In this document: positions 62,641 through 64,000 of the stretch, in pieces
How the letters are laid out: every line of letters begins with the position of its first letter
Position numbering within the stretch: position 1 is the first letter of the stretch
DNA from: Setoptus koraiensis
Lineage: Eukaryota > Animalia > Arthropoda
Length of the DNA stretch: 64,000 nt
NCBI GenBank assembly: GCA_048013815.1
Contig: CM106585.1
Location: 7,316,001 to 7,380,000 of the forward strand
Direction of reading: 5' to 3'
Program-made: the position numbers and the translations under genes
Notes under the pieces: model-generated
Seen by the model: only the letters and a program-made list of their open reading frames with translations
What the model was told of the DNA's origin: nothing
Databases searched by the model: none

Positions 62641-64000
62641 TTTCTAGGAATATTGTTCATTATGGTGTGAGAATCCCTTGGTGAATCACTGTCCCGGATA
62701 GATTTATTCATCTAATTAAAATCAAACACTCAAAAGATCCATTCAAGGCGTATGTAGGGAGATAAACCGTCGCAAAATGACCTTTCTGGCTCGTAAGACA
62801 TAAATGAGAAATAAATAACAAGATGGATAATTACACAACTTGCATAGTGTTAACCATTAACAGTCTCACTGACTATGACGATGTTTTCTCTTCAGTAATG
62901 TGTAGGGCACGTGGGTCGACACAGTATGCCGACAAGTTCTAGATTAGATTCCAGCAACAACAACAACTACCATTAATATTTGAATTGTTATATAAGCTGC
63001 ATGCCATGGTCATATTGTTTGGCTGGTTGTGCTAGTTGTTGTAATCAAATAAAATAAAAAATAATTTTAATAATGTAAAGTTGCGATATCTGTGCGTCAG
63101 CGTAGCAGTGATTGTTTGTGGCTGTTGTTGAATAATAGTAGCCACCACCAAGAGTGTGATAAATGGTCTAAATTTGTGCCAACATTCATTTCATTTTTAA
63201 TTGTTTGCATTGTTAATGTTTATATTTGCTCCCTTATATATCGCTTACATATCATCGCTTACTTGATTTCATCTTCTCTTTCAATGGAATCTTATATTTA
63301 ATATCTCATAGCATCACATCCTCTCCTATTTCCTCTTCTACTGGCCAAAATGTATGCACCAACTCATATTGCGCTCAAACTATGCCTATGCAGCTAAATT
63401 ATTATCATCATCATCTCAAATTTGCTACTAAAACTCTCCGAATCTCAAAATTAGTTATTCACTTGTTGGTCAGTCAGTTAGCCATTTAGCCATTTGGCCA
63501 GGCAGCCAGTTTGTGATGGCCTGATATAATATGATACAATAGCAGTACAACTAGGGTGCTGACAAGTGGCACTCACTAGGTATCTCACAGCACGACCAAG
63601 AAGACGGCAATACAAACGGCTCCGTTTCATTACACCGGTATGCTGCTGATACACTGACTCACTGATACCGATGATAATGATGTTTCGACCACTTTGGCCA
63701 TTGTTGTGGCTATCACAGTTGCCGGCAACAATATAAATGTGTTTTTCACAACTACAACCACAAATGGCTACAACTGCAACTATGACTATAACTTGTTTTC
63801 TCCGATCTCTGTTCTCTGTTAGCGATAGCAATAGCAACAGCAACTCTTCTCGAATGATCATGCAACACCATCATCATGGTCAATAAAAAATGAAGAATCC
63901 TGTCATTATCAACTCACCACAGTTAACTGCCAACAACAGCAATAAATCTATATTGCTTGGCATCGCCAACTATTGTGGTGAGTTGCTCTATGATGCCAAC

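Overview
Eukaryotic animal DNA, arthropod-like. The intron-poor compact genes and short introns suggest a mite, possibly eriophyoid; this is inference only. The window has four zones. (1) 1-34.2 kb: an apparently non-coding desert rich in microsatellites, short minisatellites and the palindrome GGGCCC. (2) 34.3-40.1 kb: a tetraspanin-like gene lacking the large extracellular loop, convergent with a 4-exon BET bromodomain gene (fs(1)h/BRD2-4). (3) 40.6-55.2 kb: a nested transposon island. It holds two related GG...CC MITE families with 8-bp target duplications and many C(GNA)G mini-hairpins, a truncated hAT, two foldback-like elements, and captured-looking fragments (DDE transposase C-terminus, two-finger C2H2 mini-gene plus a decayed copy, Gypsy integrase fragment, secreted-looking Cys-rich ORF). 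The island ends at a 500-N gap. (4) 55.7-64 kb: compact genes (last exon of Vang/strabismus, DHRS4-like SDR, tRNA-Arg(TCG), Ubc12/UBE2M, jagunal), then a pre-miRNA-like hairpin and probable pseudogenic DNA. All alignments, counts and family calls were made by eye and from memory; no searches were run.
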